The notes: a model not told the origin generated them from the letters alone. Shown: positions 49,729 to 63,114, numbered from the stretch's first letter. The stretch: 64,000 bases of DNA from Polyangiaceae bacterium (GCA_050287085.1 JBNKBE010000001.1:160001-224000), one strand, 5' to 3'. Translations and numbers: made by a program.

Positions 49729-50937
49729 CTACTGGAGCATCGTAGGAGGCAATACGGACGAAAAAGAGGCCGAGCCCTTGGGAATCTCATGCGGCGCGGG
49801 GGAAACCGGTGTCGCGTCCGGTTCGGCGGCGGGAGGAGGCGGAGGATATGCGGGCTCTGAGGGCAACGGCGCCGGTGAAGGCGGCCCAGCGGGCGGGGGT
49901 CCCACCGGGACGGCCGGCGGCAGTGGTGTGGCATCGGAGTCTGACCGGGGCAACACCTGCTCCGTCGGCTGCGTTTCGACGTCCAGTGTGTGGCCTGGTG
50001 CGGGAGGAAGAGATTGTTCCAGCCAACGCCGATGCGCCGGACACGTGCGAAACCGCGCTTCGATCGCGTCGCAGCTCTCATTGGAGAGACGCTGATCCGG
50101 AGGCAGCACCGCAGGCACAACATGGTCCCAATGAAACGAGACGCCCGAGGTGAGCTGAAAGACAGGAGCTCCGCCGAAGGCAGAGCCGAGCGAGGAAAAC
50201 TCGGCCCCCAGTTGGAAGTCGAAGCGACGCTGCACCTCCAGACGCGCCAGCAATCCTGTCCTCAAGCTCACATTGATGGAGAAGCGGGTGTCCACCGCAT
50301 CGTCCAAAGCCTGCCGGAAGCTATCCTGAAGCCCAGCGTTGCCGATGGGGTCGTTCAGATCGGCCGCCGTCAGCTGGCGAGTGGGGCGAATCTCAACGCC
50401 CTCGGTCGAAATATAGGTGTCGAGATCGGCGCTTGGAGCGACCTCAAACCAAGGGGTGAGCGAAAGCCAAGACCACGGGGAGTACGAGAACCCCGTACCA
50501 ACGGCAAGCGGTGCCGTCAGAAAGTTGCGCGGCCCGCTGACCATCGCCGCTGGGGTCGCGCCCAGGTATAGAATAACCGCTCCCACCGGCAAGCCGTTGT
50601 CGTAGCGTCGAGTCACCGGGAGCGAGAACAGTCCAACACCGGTCGCCCCTGCGCCGTGGGCCAGGGGCGCCTCCGGGATATCGCGAAATTGAAAATAGTG
50701 AGCGCCGAACTGAGCGCTGAAGTTACCGCTCGTCGACGTGAAGTTCGCGTTGTAACTGAACACGCGGGAGGTCACTTCCGACAGATCGTGCCGGTAGGCC
50801 AATACCACCGTTGAGGAACGTGTATCGAACGTCGAAACGGCCGGACCGTGTGTGCCAGGCAAGCCATAGGCCGTCCCAGCCCCCAGCCAGAGCAAGAGCA
50901 CAACCAGCAGGCCTGATACTCGCGGAGTGCGCGCCAT
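49729..50937 (-). CDS. Secreted protein, probable outer-membrane beta-strand domain with Pro-rich tail
   Basis: Signal peptide LLVVLLLWLGAGTAYG, amphipathic aromatic-rich strands, C-terminal PPPA-rich region. Confidence 0.6.
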   Translation of the reverse strand: MARTPRVSGLLVVLLLWLGAGTAYGLPGTHGPAVSTFDTRSSTVVLAYRHDLSEVTSRVFSYNANFTSTSGNFSAQFGAHYFQFRDIPEAPLAHGAGATGVGLFSLPVTRRYDNGLPVGAVILYLGATPAAMVSGPRNFLTAPLAVGTGFSYSPWSWLSLTPWFEVAPSADLDTYISTEGVEIRPTRQLTAADLNDPIGNAGLQDSFRQALDDAVDTRFSINVSLRTGLLARLEVQRRFDFQLGAEFSSLGSAFGGAPVFQLTSGVSFHWDHVVPAVLPPDQRLSNESCDAIEARFRTCPAHRRWLEQSLPPAPGHTLDVETQPTEQVLPRSDSDATPLPPAVPVGPPPAGPPSPAPLPSEPAYPPPPPAAEPDATPVSPAPHEIPKGSASFSSVLPPTMLQ

Positions 50938-51110
50938 GTCGGCCCAAACGGCCGCGCGCCGCAAAAACTGAAGGCATCTTCCGTCGTGCGGCAGGTCCAC
51001 GCTTTCGGCCGGCACGCGCAAGAGCTCATCCCACTCTGGGGCATGCCGCCCCCGCCCGGTGCGCGAGCAGCGCTTGACACGGACCGTCTCATCCAGTTTA
51101 CGACTGACCC

Positions 51111-51293
51111 ATGCGCATCAAGTGCCCGGCCTGTGGCAATGAGCTCGATGACGTGCCCGCGGACTATCCTCCCCGCCCGTTCTGCTGCATGCGTTGCAAG
51201 CTGGCCGACCTCTCCAATTGGCTTGGCGAACGCTACCGAATATCAACGCCGCTCGAAGACCACGATGGCGAGGAAGCGCACAAGTTCAACTAG
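51111..51293 (+). CDS. yacG: DNA gyrase inhibitor YacG
   Basis: CPAC...RPFCCMRCKLADLSNWLGERYRI. Confidence 0.9.
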   Translation: MRIKCPACGNELDDVPADYPPRPFCCMRCKLADLSNWLGERYRISTPLEDHDGEEAHKFN

Positions 51294-51398
51294 CCCCTCG
51301 AGCGCGCCCCCCGTCCCATCTGCACGCGACGGAACGCAAGAATGCCCACCGACCGGAAGTGCGATCTGCGATGGCTCGCGCCGGCTGAAAGTTAGACC

Positions 51399-52250
51399 AT
51401 GAGCTCACAACACGACCGCGTTCTGCGCGCAATGACCGACGACTCTTCTTTCCGCGTGGTAGCCCTCAGCAGTCACCACGTGGTGCGCGGTGTGCTCGCC
51501 ATGCAGTCGGCAAAAGGACGAGCGGCCCATCTGCTTGCGGACTTGTCTACCGGCATGGTGCTGCTTCGAGAAACGATGTCACCGAACCATCGAGTGCAGG
51601 GCATCTTGAAGCGAGCCAGCCCCAAGGGGTACCTCTTGGCCGACAGTCACCCGAATGGTCAGACGCGGGGGTTGCTCAGCCTGGGCAGTGAACCCACCAC
51701 CTTCGAACTCGACGGAGCCCTGTTGCAGGTGGTGCGCAGTCTGCAAACAGGACAGGTGCATCAGGGGGTGGTGGCCGTTTCGGGGGACGCCACCGTAGCC
51801 GAAGCTCTGATGACCTACATGCAGGAATCCGAGCAGATCGTGACCATGATTGGCGTCAATAGCGTCGTAACGAAGGGAAGCATCCGCGCGGGCGGCTATC
51901 TGGTGCAGCTACTTCCAGGTGCCGAGCGGGGAGCGCTGGCCGTGATGACGGAGCGTCTCGAGGACTTTCGCTCGATCGAAGGACTGATCGCGCGGGACGA
52001 CTTCAGCCCGGATCTACTGCTCGAAGAACTTCTCTACGGCATGCCCTACACCCGGCTGGACGACAGTGAGGTCAGAGCCGGCTGTTGGTGTTCGCGCAGC
52101 AGTATGCTCAGCGCCCTAGCCACCGTTAGCAAAGATGACATTCAGAGCATGATCGACGAGGGGAAAGTGCTGGAAATCAACTGCGACTATTGCACGCGAG
52201 AGTACCACGTCAGCCCCGCTGAGCTGCAAGGCCTGACCCACAGCCACTGA
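51399..52250 (+). CDS. hslO: Hsp33 redox-regulated chaperone
   Basis: YMQESEQ, AGGYLVQLLPG, zinc motif CWCS...CDYC. Confidence 0.9.
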   Translation: MSSQHDRVLRAMTDDSSFRVVALSSHHVVRGVLAMQSAKGRAAHLLADLSTGMVLLRETMSPNHRVQGILKRASPKGYLLADSHPNGQTRGLLSLGSEPTTFELDGALLQVVRSLQTGQVHQGVVAVSGDATVAEALMTYMQESEQIVTMIGVNSVVTKGSIRAGGYLVQLLPGAERGALAVMTERLEDFRSIEGLIARDDFSPDLLLEELLYGMPYTRLDDSEVRAGCWCSRSSMLSALATVSKDDIQSMIDEGKVLEINCDYCTREYHVSPAELQGLTHSH

Positions 52251-52370
52251 CGGCGGCACACGGCTCGCGCGCTGGCGTTGGCAGCGTGAAAGGCGCGCCC
52301 CGACGTCAGTTGCCTGTCTGGGGCGCGTACTGGCTCTGCTGTCGCCGCCCCCCCCGGAGACCCGACGCAA

Positions 52371-54134
52371 TCACTCGGCCGCGGAAGAGCGGCGCAACTT
52401 CACTAGCCGCTGCTCCTGCAGCGTCCGCGCTTCGTCCGAGCTAGTGCGGGTGCTATGACAGGCTTGCCCTTGTCCGCTCTGATCGCTCATCGCCTGGCGC
52501 GTCTTGCTCGCCAAACGATGGATTTCTTCGCTCGACAACACGCCCCGTTGCTCCAGGATGCGTCGCTGCTCTTCCGTCAGCGCCGGTGACTTCATGACGC
52601 GTTCGCGGACGAAGCCTTCCTCTTTGCCTGAGTTGAACTCGACGATTTCCTTAGAGATACGGACGGAACACCAGTCGTGTCCACACATCGCGCAGAAGTC
52701 GGTGTCTACGTCTAGATCTTCGTCGTGGAAGGCGCGCGCCGTATCCGGATCGAAGGACAACTCGAAGTGCTTCTCCCAGTTGAGGGCCGCGCGAGCGCGG
52801 GTGAGATTGTCGTCCCAGTCACGCGAACCAGGAATACCGAGGGCCACGTCGGCCGCGTGCGCCGCTATGCGGTACGCCACGCAGCCTTGCTTCACGTCCT
52901 CGCGCTTCGGCAAGCCTAGATGCTCCTTAGGGGTCACATAACACAACATGGCAGCCCCATGATAAGCCGCAGCCGTCGCTCCGATGGAACTAGTGATGTG
53001 ATCGTAGCCGGGGAATACATCCGTAACCAAAGGTCCCAGCACGTAGAACGGCGCGCCGTGACATATGCGCCGCTGGAGCTTCATGTTGAACTCGATCTGG
53101 TCGAAGGGAACGTGGCCGGGGCCCTCCACCATCACCTGACACCCTTGCCTCCAAGCGATCTCCGTCAGACGCCCGAGCGCACTCAGTTCCCCTAGCTGGG
53201 CGCCGTCGCTGGCGTCCGCAAGTCCGCCGGGACGGAGTCCGTCACCCAGCGAGAACGTCACGTCAAACTCACGCATCACCTCGCAGATGCGCTCGAAGTG
53301 CGTATACATTGGGTTTTCGGCATTGTGCGTCAGCATCCACTTCGCCAACAAGGAGCCACCACGACTCACGATCCCGATCAAACGCTTCTGGATCAGCGGC
53401 AAGTGCTCGCGCAGCACGCCGGCATGAATGGTGAAATAGTCGACCCCCTGTTCCGCCTGATGACGAAGAGACTCTAGAATGACTTCCAGGGTGAGCTCTT
53501 CTATCTTCCGCCCAATGATCATCGAGTAGATTGGAACAGTACCGATGGGCACCGTCGAATGCTCTATGATGGCCTGACGGCACGCATCCAAATCGCCCCC
53601 GGTCGAAAGGTCCATCACGGTATCGGCGTGCCAACGCTCGGCCCATTTGAGCTTCTCGATCTCCTCCTGCGTGCCGGAGCTAACCGGAGAAGCCCCCATA
53701 TTGGCGTTGACCTTCGTCCGGCTCGCCCGCCCGATGGCCATCGGATCGAGCTTGTGGAGTAGGTGCCGCTTGTTCGCCGGAATCACCATGCGGCCAGCGG
53801 CCACTTCGTCTCGAACTTGCTCCGGACTCAGGTGGCCCTCGCGCTCCGCAACGCGTCGCATCTCCGGCGTGATAGCCCCGAGGCGTGCGTGTTCCAGTTG
53901 CGTCACCGGAACGAAGCCTTCCGGCGCACGCCACGAGCCGTTTTCCAAACGCCAATCAGGCGGCATGAAGTCCCAAGCGGTCTTGGTGCTGGGAGCGGGC
54001 ATGCCTGGGGTATCCGGAGACGAGTAGCTAAGGGGCCCCCCGACATCCGACCCACGAGCAAACGAGCCCGGATTGGTGCCCGCGGCCGTCGATGAGGGGT
54101 TTTGGGCACCGTGTAGAGGTAGCGATATCGTCAT
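52371..54134 (-). CDS. thiC: Phosphomethylpyrimidine synthase
   Basis: [56 protein letters not shown]. Start may instead be the ATG at 54002. Confidence 0.96.
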   Translation of the reverse strand: MTISLPLHGAQNPSSTAAGTNPGSFARGSDVGGPLSYSSPDTPGMPAPSTKTAWDFMPPDWRLENGSWRAPEGFVPVTQLEHARLGAITPEMRRVAEREGHLSPEQVRDEVAAGRMVIPANKRHLLHKLDPMAIGRASRTKVNANMGASPVSSGTQEEIEKLKWAERWHADTVMDLSTGGDLDACRQAIIEHSTVPIGTVPIYSMIIGRKIEELTLEVILESLRHQAEQGVDYFTIHAGVLREHLPLIQKRLIGIVSRGGSLLAKWMLTHNAENPMYTHFERICEVMREFDVTFSLGDGLRPGGLADASDGAQLGELSALGRLTEIAWRQGCQVMVEGPGHVPFDQIEFNMKLQRRICHGAPFYVLGPLVTDVFPGYDHITSSIGATAAAYHGAAMLCYVTPKEHLGLPKREDVKQGCVAYRIAAHAADVALGIPGSRDWDDNLTRARAALNWEKHFELSFDPDTARAFHDEDLDVDTDFCAMCGHDWCSVRISKEIVEFNSGKEEGFVRERVMKSPALTEEQRRILEQRGVLSSEEIHRLASKTRQAMSDQSGQGQACHSTRTSSDEARTLQEQRLVKLRRSSAAE

Positions 54135-54366
54135 GGCTGGAAATGTTGGAGGGTAGTCTGAAACGGCGGTGGTTGGCAGCGCAGGATATCGTCGTGGAGC
54201 GCGGGCTGGGCCCCACGACCGGGGAGACAAGCGCTCGCTGCGTATCCGCGTCGAGTCGCGGAATCAGAACGGAAACAGGTGTGTTCCCAGGCTAGCCAGT
54301 CGGAGGGTTCTGGTGCATACCCCCCCGAACGACGACACCCATTCCGTCGCACAGCAAAGGATCCGC

Positions 54367-55314
54367 GTGTTACCCACCTTCGATTGGAACATTAGCCCCA
54401 CCATCTTCAAGTATCCGGAGTGGCTCTCCTTTTTGCCGGGAGACGGACTGCGCTACTACAGCCTGTTGTACGTGCTCGTATTCTTGGGCGGGTTTCATTT
54501 GCTCAGCTGGCAGATCAAACGAGCCGGGGGCACAGAAGAGGAGGCCAGCGACTTCGTCCTATACGGCGTAATTGCGGTGCTCGGTGGCTCGCGGCTCGGC
54601 CACGTCTTCTTCTATGACTTCGACAAGTTCAAGGAAGATCCGCTGTGGCTATTCCGCATCTGGGAAGGTGGATTGGCAAGCCACGGCGGCATGCTCGGCC
54701 TGATTGCGGGCATGTGGGTCTTCACCAAGATCAAAAGACAGTCATTCTTCGAAGGCGCCGATCGCTTTGCATTCTCAGCCGCCCTCGGCTCCACGCTGAT
54801 CCGGATCGGCAACTTCTTCAATTCAGAGATCGTGGGTCGCAAGACGGACCAGACTTGGGGCGTCCGCTTCGTCCGCGTCGACGGCCCACACGGCGACCTG
54901 CGCCACCCGAGCCAACTCTATGAAGTCGCACTCGGGATCCTGGTCTTCGCGAGCCTGTACGTGGCCGACAGGGCTTGGGGCAAAGAGAAGCGCCCTCGCG
55001 GAGCGTTGATCTCGCTGTTTTTTGCCCTCTACTTCACCGGGCGGTTCTTCGTCGAATACGTCAAAGACTACCAGACGCTTACGAGTGACAACCCGCTCAC
55101 GATGGGTCAGATCCTGAGCATTGTGCCCGCCGCTGCCGGATACCTAGGACTCTACCTGGCGTTCAAGCGGCGTATCCCTGCCCAATGGAACGTGTACGCG
55201 CCCCCCACTGACGCAGAACTCGAGCAGGCCGATAGCGATGAGGATGATGGCGCTATCGACGAAGACGCCGACGTCGTCGCAGAAGCGCTCGAAACCTCGC
55301 GCAAGAAGGGTTGA
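54367..55314 (+). CDS. lgt: Prolipoprotein diacylglyceryl transferase
   Basis: RLGHV, IWEGGLASHGG, RIGNFFNSE, RHPSQLYE, RFFVE, MGQILS. GTG start after AAAGGA is inferred. Confidence 0.95.
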   Translation: MLPTFDWNISPTIFKYPEWLSFLPGDGLRYYSLLYVLVFLGGFHLLSWQIKRAGGTEEEASDFVLYGVIAVLGGSRLGHVFFYDFDKFKEDPLWLFRIWEGGLASHGGMLGLIAGMWVFTKIKRQSFFEGADRFAFSAALGSTLIRIGNFFNSEIVGRKTDQTWGVRFVRVDGPHGDLRHPSQLYEVALGILVFASLYVADRAWGKEKRPRGALISLFFALYFTGRFFVEYVKDYQTLTSDNPLTMGQILSIVPAAAGYLGLYLAFKRRIPAQWNVYAPPTDAELEQADSDEDDGAIDEDADVVAEALETSRKKG

Positions 55315-55468
55315 GCATTTGAGGACTGCACCTCCGCGGTCCCAACAAACCCTGCGCACCACACGGCGGAGCTTCCGCGGCGGCCAACCGGGGCTACTGC
55401 GGACGCAAGCGCTGAGGCCGATGCCGATTGGGGTTGGAACTTGCGGCTCGGACCGTTAGATCGCGATC

Positions 55469-57121
<1,653 letters not shown>

Positions 57122-57280
57122 AAGCCCCCTGTCGACCGGGACCCCGCACGTCGCTCCCACGCGTGGCTCCCACACTTCGCTCCCACATTTCACGCCCGCA
57201 CGCCGCAGCATCGGGGCGACCTCGCCCCTAGGGGTCGACACGATGCTGCAGCGCCCTTAGGATGGGTTCTTGGTCAAATC

Positions 57281-57805
57281 ATGGTTACCTCGGCACTCGA
57301 TAGCTTGATCGTCGACAAGCTGGAACGCCTGCGGGAACGTCTCCACCGCTTGGGTGAGCGCCCCTCCATGCGTTTTCCCAGCGCCTCCCCCGATCTTATT
57401 GAGGTCATGACGGTGCTCGAGCGCTACGGCGCAATGTGCGAAGCCATGTATCTCATGATGGCGGCGGACGGAAAGGTTCTCAACGTGGAGCGCGAGGTCC
57501 TGCGCGGAGCGCTGGAAATCGTGGCAGACGGAACCGTACGAACCGCGCATATGGAAGCCATGTTGGACGCCGCGGCGCGGAAGGTCGCGACGGAGGGCGT
57601 CGACGCACGCCTCGAGGCGGTAGTCCACGCCCTGTCCGCTGACACCATCAAAGCGGAACTGACCCTCGTGTTGTGCGCCGCGATCGCCGTTGCCGATCGC
57701 AAGCTCCCGGATTCGGAACGCGCGTTGTATCATCGCTTGGCGAGTGGTCTCGAAATCGACGCTGAGCGCGCCAACCAGCTTCTTCAAGAACTGGCCCAAG
57801 GCTAG
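57281..57805 (+). CDS. TerB-like (tellurite resistance family) protein
   Basis: MAADGKV...ER and IAVADRKLPDSER...LASGLEI, the paired ADG-x4-E pattern of TerB folds. Confidence 0.75.
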   Translation: MVTSALDSLIVDKLERLRERLHRLGERPSMRFPSASPDLIEVMTVLERYGAMCEAMYLMMAADGKVLNVEREVLRGALEIVADGTVRTAHMEAMLDAAARKVATEGVDARLEAVVHALSADTIKAELTLVLCAAIAVADRKLPDSERALYHRLASGLEIDAERANQLLQELAQG

Positions 57806-58000
57806 AGCCTGACCCGAACGCGGCTGCGCCTTGCGCGGTGACCCAGCCATCACCGCGGCTGCGGCTAAGCCCACCTTGGCGGCAGCGCCCGACCCTTGCG
57901 CGGAGCCGTTCAGTGCAGCTTGACGACGCGACTCCGGCGCTCGGGCCCGCAGATGGAACACCCTCCGAGCGCGTCCCCGTTCAGGATCGAGTCAGTGCTT

Positions 58001-58017
58001 TGCACCAAAGCGGTCAT
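58001..58017. promoter_or_regulatory. Putative NtrC-type enhancer site
   Basis: TGCACCAAAGCGGTCAT resembles TGCACC-N5-GGTGCA and lies ~70 bp upstream of the -24 element. Confidence 0.6.
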
Positions 58018-58086
58018 TTCCTGAACCGGGTGTTTCGCCCGTTCGAATGTTTCTGAACGTCATCAAACACGACTCAGGCTCCAAAG

Positions 58087-58102
58087 CGGAAACAGGATTG
58101 CA
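58087..58102 (+). promoter_or_regulatory. Putative sigma54 (-24/-12) promoter of the nitrate operon
   Basis: CGGAAACAGGATTGCA: GG (58088-89), N10, GC (58100-01), with TTGCA at the -12 position. Confidence 0.7.
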
Positions 58103-58421
58103 GCATTTATTCCGCCCAAGAGCGTTCGTTTGTTGACTCTTGGAGCTGGTCTTGGCCCCGCACCTCGAATCCAGAAACCGTCTCGAAACAGCAACCGACG
58201 CGAAACGCCCGCGTCCGCTCCGCTTGTTTCTAGATCACGTCTCCTCGGTAGCAATGTCGCTTCGTGGTCAGTCCGCGACGCTTCGCAGGCGATGTTTCCC
58301 GTCTGCGTCAGCTTCAGTTCATCTTCGCCACCTGCCGCAACGCTCTTGCGACGGCAGTCTCACTCTTTAGGATGGGTCGTGTTCACCCCCTGCCGCAGGG
58401 CTCAACGTAAGCACGAAACCC

Positions 58422-59870
58422 ATGAAGACAAAACGCCCCAAGCAAACTCCTGTTCTCCCGCAAATCTCCCGTCGCCAAGCTAGCGGCTATCTCATGGCAT
58501 CGGTCGCTGCCGCAGCCGGCTGTTCCAAGAAGGAAGCGCCAAAGCCGGCCGCTCCAAGTGGATCCGCTTCCACGGCCGCGGCCACCGAAGAGCTGCTCAA
58601 AGGCCTCGATCTCGAAAAGGATCAGCTGAAGCTCGGCTTCATCAAGCTGACGGATTGTGCCCCCCTCATCATCGCGAAGGAGAAAGGGTACTTCTCCGAC
58701 GAAGGCTTAACGGTCGAGCTTGAAGCTCAGGCTAACTGGAAGGTCCTTCTCGACCGAGTGATTGGTGGGGAACTCGACGGCGCGCATATGCTCGCCGGTC
58801 AACCTATCGGCGCAACCATCGGTTTTGGAACGAAAGCCCACGTCGTTACCGCCTTCAGCATGGACCTCAACGGCAACGGCATTACCGTGTCGAACGAGAT
58901 CTGGAAGGAGATGCAGAAGAACGATCCAAAACTGGCATCTCCGACTCCACCTCACCCCATTACGGCCGAAAGCCTCGTTCCTATCGTCAAGGCGCGAAAG
59001 GCCAAAGGTGAGATCCTGAAAATGGGCATGGTATTCCCGGTCTCAACTCACAACTATGAGCTCCGCTATTGGCTGGCCGCGGCGGGCATTCACCCGGGGT
59101 TCTACACCGCAACAGATGCTCGTGGTGTTGATCAAGCGGACGTTGAGCTCAGTGTCACGCCTCCCCCCCAGATGCCGGCCACTCTCGAGGCGGGTACCAT
59201 TCAAGGCTACTGCGTAGGCGAGCCATGGAATCAGCAGGCAGTAGTCCGAAAGATCGGCGTGCCGGTCACCACCAACTACGACATATGGAAGAACAACCCT
59301 GAGAAGGTATTCGGCGTATCCAAGGAATGGGCCGACAAGAATAAGAAGACCCACGTAGCCGTCGTCAAAGCGCTAATCCGCGCTGGGAAGTGGTTGGACG
59401 CATCGTTGGAGAACCGCAAGGAAGCGGCCAAGATACTATCCCAGAAAGAATACGTCGGTGCGGATGAACAGGTCATAGCAAACAGCATGACCGGCACGTT
59501 CTTGTTCCAGTCCACGGACAAGCGCTCGATGCCGGACTTCAACGTATTCTATCGCTACTACGCCACCTACCCGTTCTATAGCGACGCCATTTGGTTCCTC
59601 ACTCAAATGCGTCGGTGGGGCCAGATCGCCGAGAGCAAACCGGACTCTTGGTATCACGAGCAAGCCAAGAAGGTCTATCAACCCGCGATCTACCTGGAGG
59701 CCGCGCAGGCACTGCTCGAAGAGGGCAAGATCGATAAGTCCGAGGTCCCTTGGGATACGGATGGATACAAGGCGCCCACGTCTGACTTCATCGACGGTGT
59801 CGAATACGACGGCAAGAAGCCACTCGACTACGTCAAGAAGTTCCAGATCGGCATGAAGGACGCCGGCTGA
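58422..59870 (+). CDS. nrtA: CmpA/NrtA family nitrate ABC transporter substrate-binding lipoprotein
   Basis: [45 protein letters not shown] plus AAGC signal (possibly Tat lipoprotein). Confidence 0.92.
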   Translation: MKTKRPKQTPVLPQISRRQASGYLMASVAAAAGCSKKEAPKPAAPSGSASTAAATEELLKGLDLEKDQLKLGFIKLTDCAPLIIAKEKGYFSDEGLTVELEAQANWKVLLDRVIGGELDGAHMLAGQPIGATIGFGTKAHVVTAFSMDLNGNGITVSNEIWKEMQKNDPKLASPTPPHPITAESLVPIVKARKAKGEILKMGMVFPVSTHNYELRYWLAAAGIHPGFYTATDARGVDQADVELSVTPPPQMPATLEAGTIQGYCVGEPWNQQAVVRKIGVPVTTNYDIWKNNPEKVFGVSKEWADKNKKTHVAVVKALIRAGKWLDASLENRKEAAKILSQKEYVGADEQVIANSMTGTFLFQSTDKRSMPDFNVFYRYYATYPFYSDAIWFLTQMRRWGQIAESKPDSWYHEQAKKVYQPAIYLEAAQALLEEGKIDKSEVPWDTDGYKAPTSDFIDGVEYDGKKPLDYVKKFQIGMKDAG

Positions 59871-59886
59871 GGTCAGATTCTGCGTT

Positions 59887-59917
59887 GGGGGGCGCGCGGT
59901 GTGGTGCCGCGCCCCCC
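59887..59917 (+). other. Intercistronic stem-loop after nrtA
   Basis: GGGGGGCGCG...CGCGCCCCCC 10-bp stem without U-tract. May stabilise the binding-protein mRNA (inference). Confidence 0.55.
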
Positions 59918-59960
59918 GGCGCACCATTCGCACCACTCACTTGTAATAAGGAAATTCGGA

Positions 59961-61073
59961 ATGGCTGTTAAAGAAAGAATTATCCAAGGATTAGACATCG
60001 CGGGGCTATCTGTACTCGAGCCCCTCGTTCGTCTGATTTCTGGCGAGGACCCCCGCGAGCAAATGCGCAAGCTTGCGCGTTTTGTCGGCATTCCCATGCT
60101 CGCGTTCGGATGCTTCCTCGGGTCCTGGTCCGTCGTCGCGCGCAACATAGAAACCAAGTACGGGACTCTGCCCACGCCCGTAGAGGTGTTCCACGAAGCC
60201 AAGAATCTTGCCGCTGATCACTACGCCACTCGCGCCGAAGAGGACGCTTTCAACGTATCCCGCGCTGAAACTGTAGCCAGCCTTCAGACCGTCCGCACGC
60301 AATTGGCCTCCGCACTCGCCGCGGCACAAGGTACCAGGGCCGAATCGCTAAGCGCCAAGCTCTCCAAGATAGACGCACGTATCGAACAGACGAAGCAGCG
60401 TCGCTTCTCCGCTAGCCCCACGTACTTCGACCAGATCATCACCAGCCTGAAGACTGTCTTTGCCGGCTTTGTCGTAGCCTCATTGATTGCGATTCCGATC
60501 GGCATTCTGTGTGGACTAAGCCCCACATTTCAGGCGGCGGTCGCCCCGCTCATACAGATCTTCAAACCTGTTTCTCCACTTGCCTGGCTTCCGATCGTCA
60601 TGATCGTAGTGGGCGCTCTGTACACTACGAAGCCGAGCGAAGCCTGGTTCGAGAAGTCGTTCATCAGCTCTGCTCTAACCGTAGCGTTGTGCTCGCTATG
60701 GCCAACGCTGACCAACACGGCTCTCGGAGTCGCGTCCATCGAGAAGGATCATCTGAACGTCGCTGCCGTACTTCAGCTCGACTTCTGGACACGTATCCGC
60801 AAGATCGTACTGCCTTCGTCATTGCCACTAATGTTCGCTGGCCTAAGAATTTCCCTTGGCGTAGGGTGGATGGTGTTGATCGCCGCTGAAATGCTCGCAC
60901 AGAACCCGGGGCTCGGTAAGTTCGTCTGGGACATGTTTCAGAACGGCAGCAGCCAAACCCTGGCGCAGATCATGGTGGCCGTCTTCACCATCGGCTTCAT
61001 TGGCTTCCTGCTAGACCGCGTAATGGTCACACTGCAACGCTCGGTTAGCTACGACTCACAGGTTGCAGCGTAG
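59961..61073 (+). CDS. nrtB: Nitrate ABC transporter permease
   Basis: [46 protein letters not shown]. Confidence 0.92.
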   Translation: MAVKERIIQGLDIAGLSVLEPLVRLISGEDPREQMRKLARFVGIPMLAFGCFLGSWSVVARNIETKYGTLPTPVEVFHEAKNLAADHYATRAEEDAFNVSRAETVASLQTVRTQLASALAAAQGTRAESLSAKLSKIDARIEQTKQRRFSASPTYFDQIITSLKTVFAGFVVASLIAIPIGILCGLSPTFQAAVAPLIQIFKPVSPLAWLPIVMIVVGALYTTKPSEAWFEKSFISSALTVALCSLWPTLTNTALGVASIEKDHLNVAAVLQLDFWTRIRKIVLPSSLPLMFAGLRISLGVGWMVLIAAEMLAQNPGLGKFVWDMFQNGSSQTLAQIMVAVFTIGFIGFLLDRVMVTLQRSVSYDSQVAA

Positions 61074-61084
61074 AAAGGCCCCTG

Positions 61085-61957
61085 ATGTCATTCCTAAGCC
61101 TCAATCGAGTAAACAAGGGCTTCGGGGTTGGAAACAGCCGCACTGAGGTGTTGCGTGGTATCAACCTCGACATCGAAGAAGGTGAGTTCATCGCTATCAT
61201 CGGGTTTTCAGGTAGCGGTAAGTCAACCCTGATCAACCTGATAGCGGGGCTCACCACGCCGGACTCCGGGACCATCAAGCTCGCAGGAGAGACAATTAAA
61301 GGAGCCGGCCCAGACCGGGGAGTGGTGTTTCAGAACTACTCGCTTCTGCCGTGGCTCAGCGTCTATGAAAACGTCGCCTTGGCCGTCGACCGTGTCTTCC
61401 CGGCGTGGTCCGCTGACAAGCGACGTGAACACTGCCTCAAGTACATCGACATGGTTAGCCTGACGCCCGCATTGGGAAAGAAGCCCCGCGAGCTTTCGGG
61501 CGGTATGCGGCAGCGGGTCTCGGTTGCCCGTGCCCTCGCCATGAATCCCAAGATGCTACTCTTGGATGAGCCACTGGGAGCATTGGACGCCCTGACGCGA
61601 GCTGTTCTCCAATCCGAAATCGAACGCATTTGGGAAGCCGACAAGAAGACAGTAATCCTGATTACCAACGACGTAGACGAAGCACTGTTGCTTGCCGACC
61701 GCGTGATCCCGCTGAAGCCAGGTCCCAACGCAACCCTCGGCCCAAGTTTCAAGGTCGATCTGGATCGCCCTCGGGACCGTACGAAACTCAACTCGAATGC
61801 CCAGTTCAGGAAGCTACGCAACGAACTCGTTACGTATCTTACTCGCTGCCGCAGCGAAGCGCGCGCAGCAGAACGGCAAAACGCCAGCTCTGACGATGGA
61901 GACGAGGAATTTGTTCCCCGCGCAGAGCCACTAGATTTACTTCCCGCTCGCAGCTGA
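61085..61957 (+). CDS. nrtC: Nitrate ABC transporter ATP-binding protein
   Basis: [35 protein letters not shown]. Confidence 0.88.
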   Translation: MSFLSLNRVNKGFGVGNSRTEVLRGINLDIEEGEFIAIIGFSGSGKSTLINLIAGLTTPDSGTIKLAGETIKGAGPDRGVVFQNYSLLPWLSVYENVALAVDRVFPAWSADKRREHCLKYIDMVSLTPALGKKPRELSGGMRQRVSVARALAMNPKMLLLDEPLGALDALTRAVLQSEIERIWEADKKTVILITNDVDEALLLADRVIPLKPGPNATLGPSFKVDLDRPRDRTKLNSNAQFRKLRNELVTYLTRCRSEARAAERQNASSDDGDEEFVPRAEPLDLLPARS

Positions 61958-61965
61958 GGTTCAGG

Positions 61966-62778
61966 ATGGCAGGCTACGTAGAACTATACAAAGTAGGTAA
62001 GACCTATGAGACCCCCAAGGGTCCCGCGGTCATCGTCGAGGACTTCAATCTCAACATCGCGGAAGGCGAGTTCATCGCTCTTCTCGGCCATTCAGGCTGC
62101 GGAAAATCCACAGTCTTGACGATGATGGCTGGCCTAAACTCAATCACAACCGGCGGCATCGTCGTCGCCAAGCGTGAGATCAACGGCCCAGGTCCCGACC
62201 GAGGTGTGGTATTTCAATCCCCATGCCTCATGCCCTGGCTCACAGCTGGGGAGAACGTTGCGCTCGGGGTCGATCGCGTCTTTCGACACGAGTCAAGAGA
62301 AACGCGTCAGAAGATGGTGCGCTACTATCTGAAGCTAGTTGGCCTCGGAGAAGCGGTCGATAAGCGTGCTTCCGACCTTAGCACGGGCATGCAGCAACGC
62401 GTAGGCATAGCACGAGCGTTTGCGCTGTCGCCCAAGATGCTATTGCTCGACGAGCCCTTCGGGATGCTGGACTCACTGACCCGCATGGAATTGCAGGAGG
62501 TACTGCTCAACATCCTGGAGCGCAACCGCAAGACGGCCCTGATGGTGACACACGACGTGGACGAAGCCTTGTTCTGCGCCGATAGGGTCGTCATGATGAC
62601 GAATGGACCGGCCGCACAAGTCGGCAAAGTCATCGAGGTTCCTTTTGAACGTCCGCGCGAGCGAGAGGCCGTGATGTCGCACCCTGACTACTACCGGCTG
62701 CGCGAAGAGATGATCGGCTTCCTCGAGGAGCAGGAGAAGCTCAAGCATCAGGCCAAATCGAGCGACAAGGCGGCGTAG
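61966..62778 (+). CDS. nrtD: Nitrate ABC transporter ATP-binding protein
   Basis: [39 protein letters not shown]. Confidence 0.88.
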   Translation: MAGYVELYKVGKTYETPKGPAVIVEDFNLNIAEGEFIALLGHSGCGKSTVLTMMAGLNSITTGGIVVAKREINGPGPDRGVVFQSPCLMPWLTAGENVALGVDRVFRHESRETRQKMVRYYLKLVGLGEAVDKRASDLSTGMQQRVGIARAFALSPKMLLLDEPFGMLDSLTRMELQEVLLNILERNRKTALMVTHDVDEALFCADRVVMMTNGPAAQVGKVIEVPFERPREREAVMSHPDYYRLREEMIGFLEEQEKLKHQAKSSDKAA

Positions 62779-63114
62779 CAGAGAGCGCACCCTGCGCAGG
62801 CTGGAGCGCGGAGGCGCTGCCCCTGGATGAAGCGCCAAGCCGGGTCTCCCCGGACTCAGAAGGACGCGAGTCGATACCGACCGCGTCCTTCCTGTATTTG
62901 GACAGCGCCCTAAGAACGCCCGGGACCTAGGGGAATGACGCCGGCGGCGGCACAGCGCTGTTCGAGCACACCCCAGGTCGCATCGAAGCCTGGCCGTTCC
63001 AGGGAAACGAAAACGCCTGACCACGCAGGCACGGGAGTGTTTCTGTCTCTTTTAATCTGAGGACGGGCTCAGTTCCCATTTGCAGCATTCCAGATACCTC
63101 TTTAGGTTGAGTGC

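Noticed and set aside
63061..63085. Second sigma54 promoter before nirB
   Set aside because: TTGCA is present but there is no GG at the required N10 spacing.
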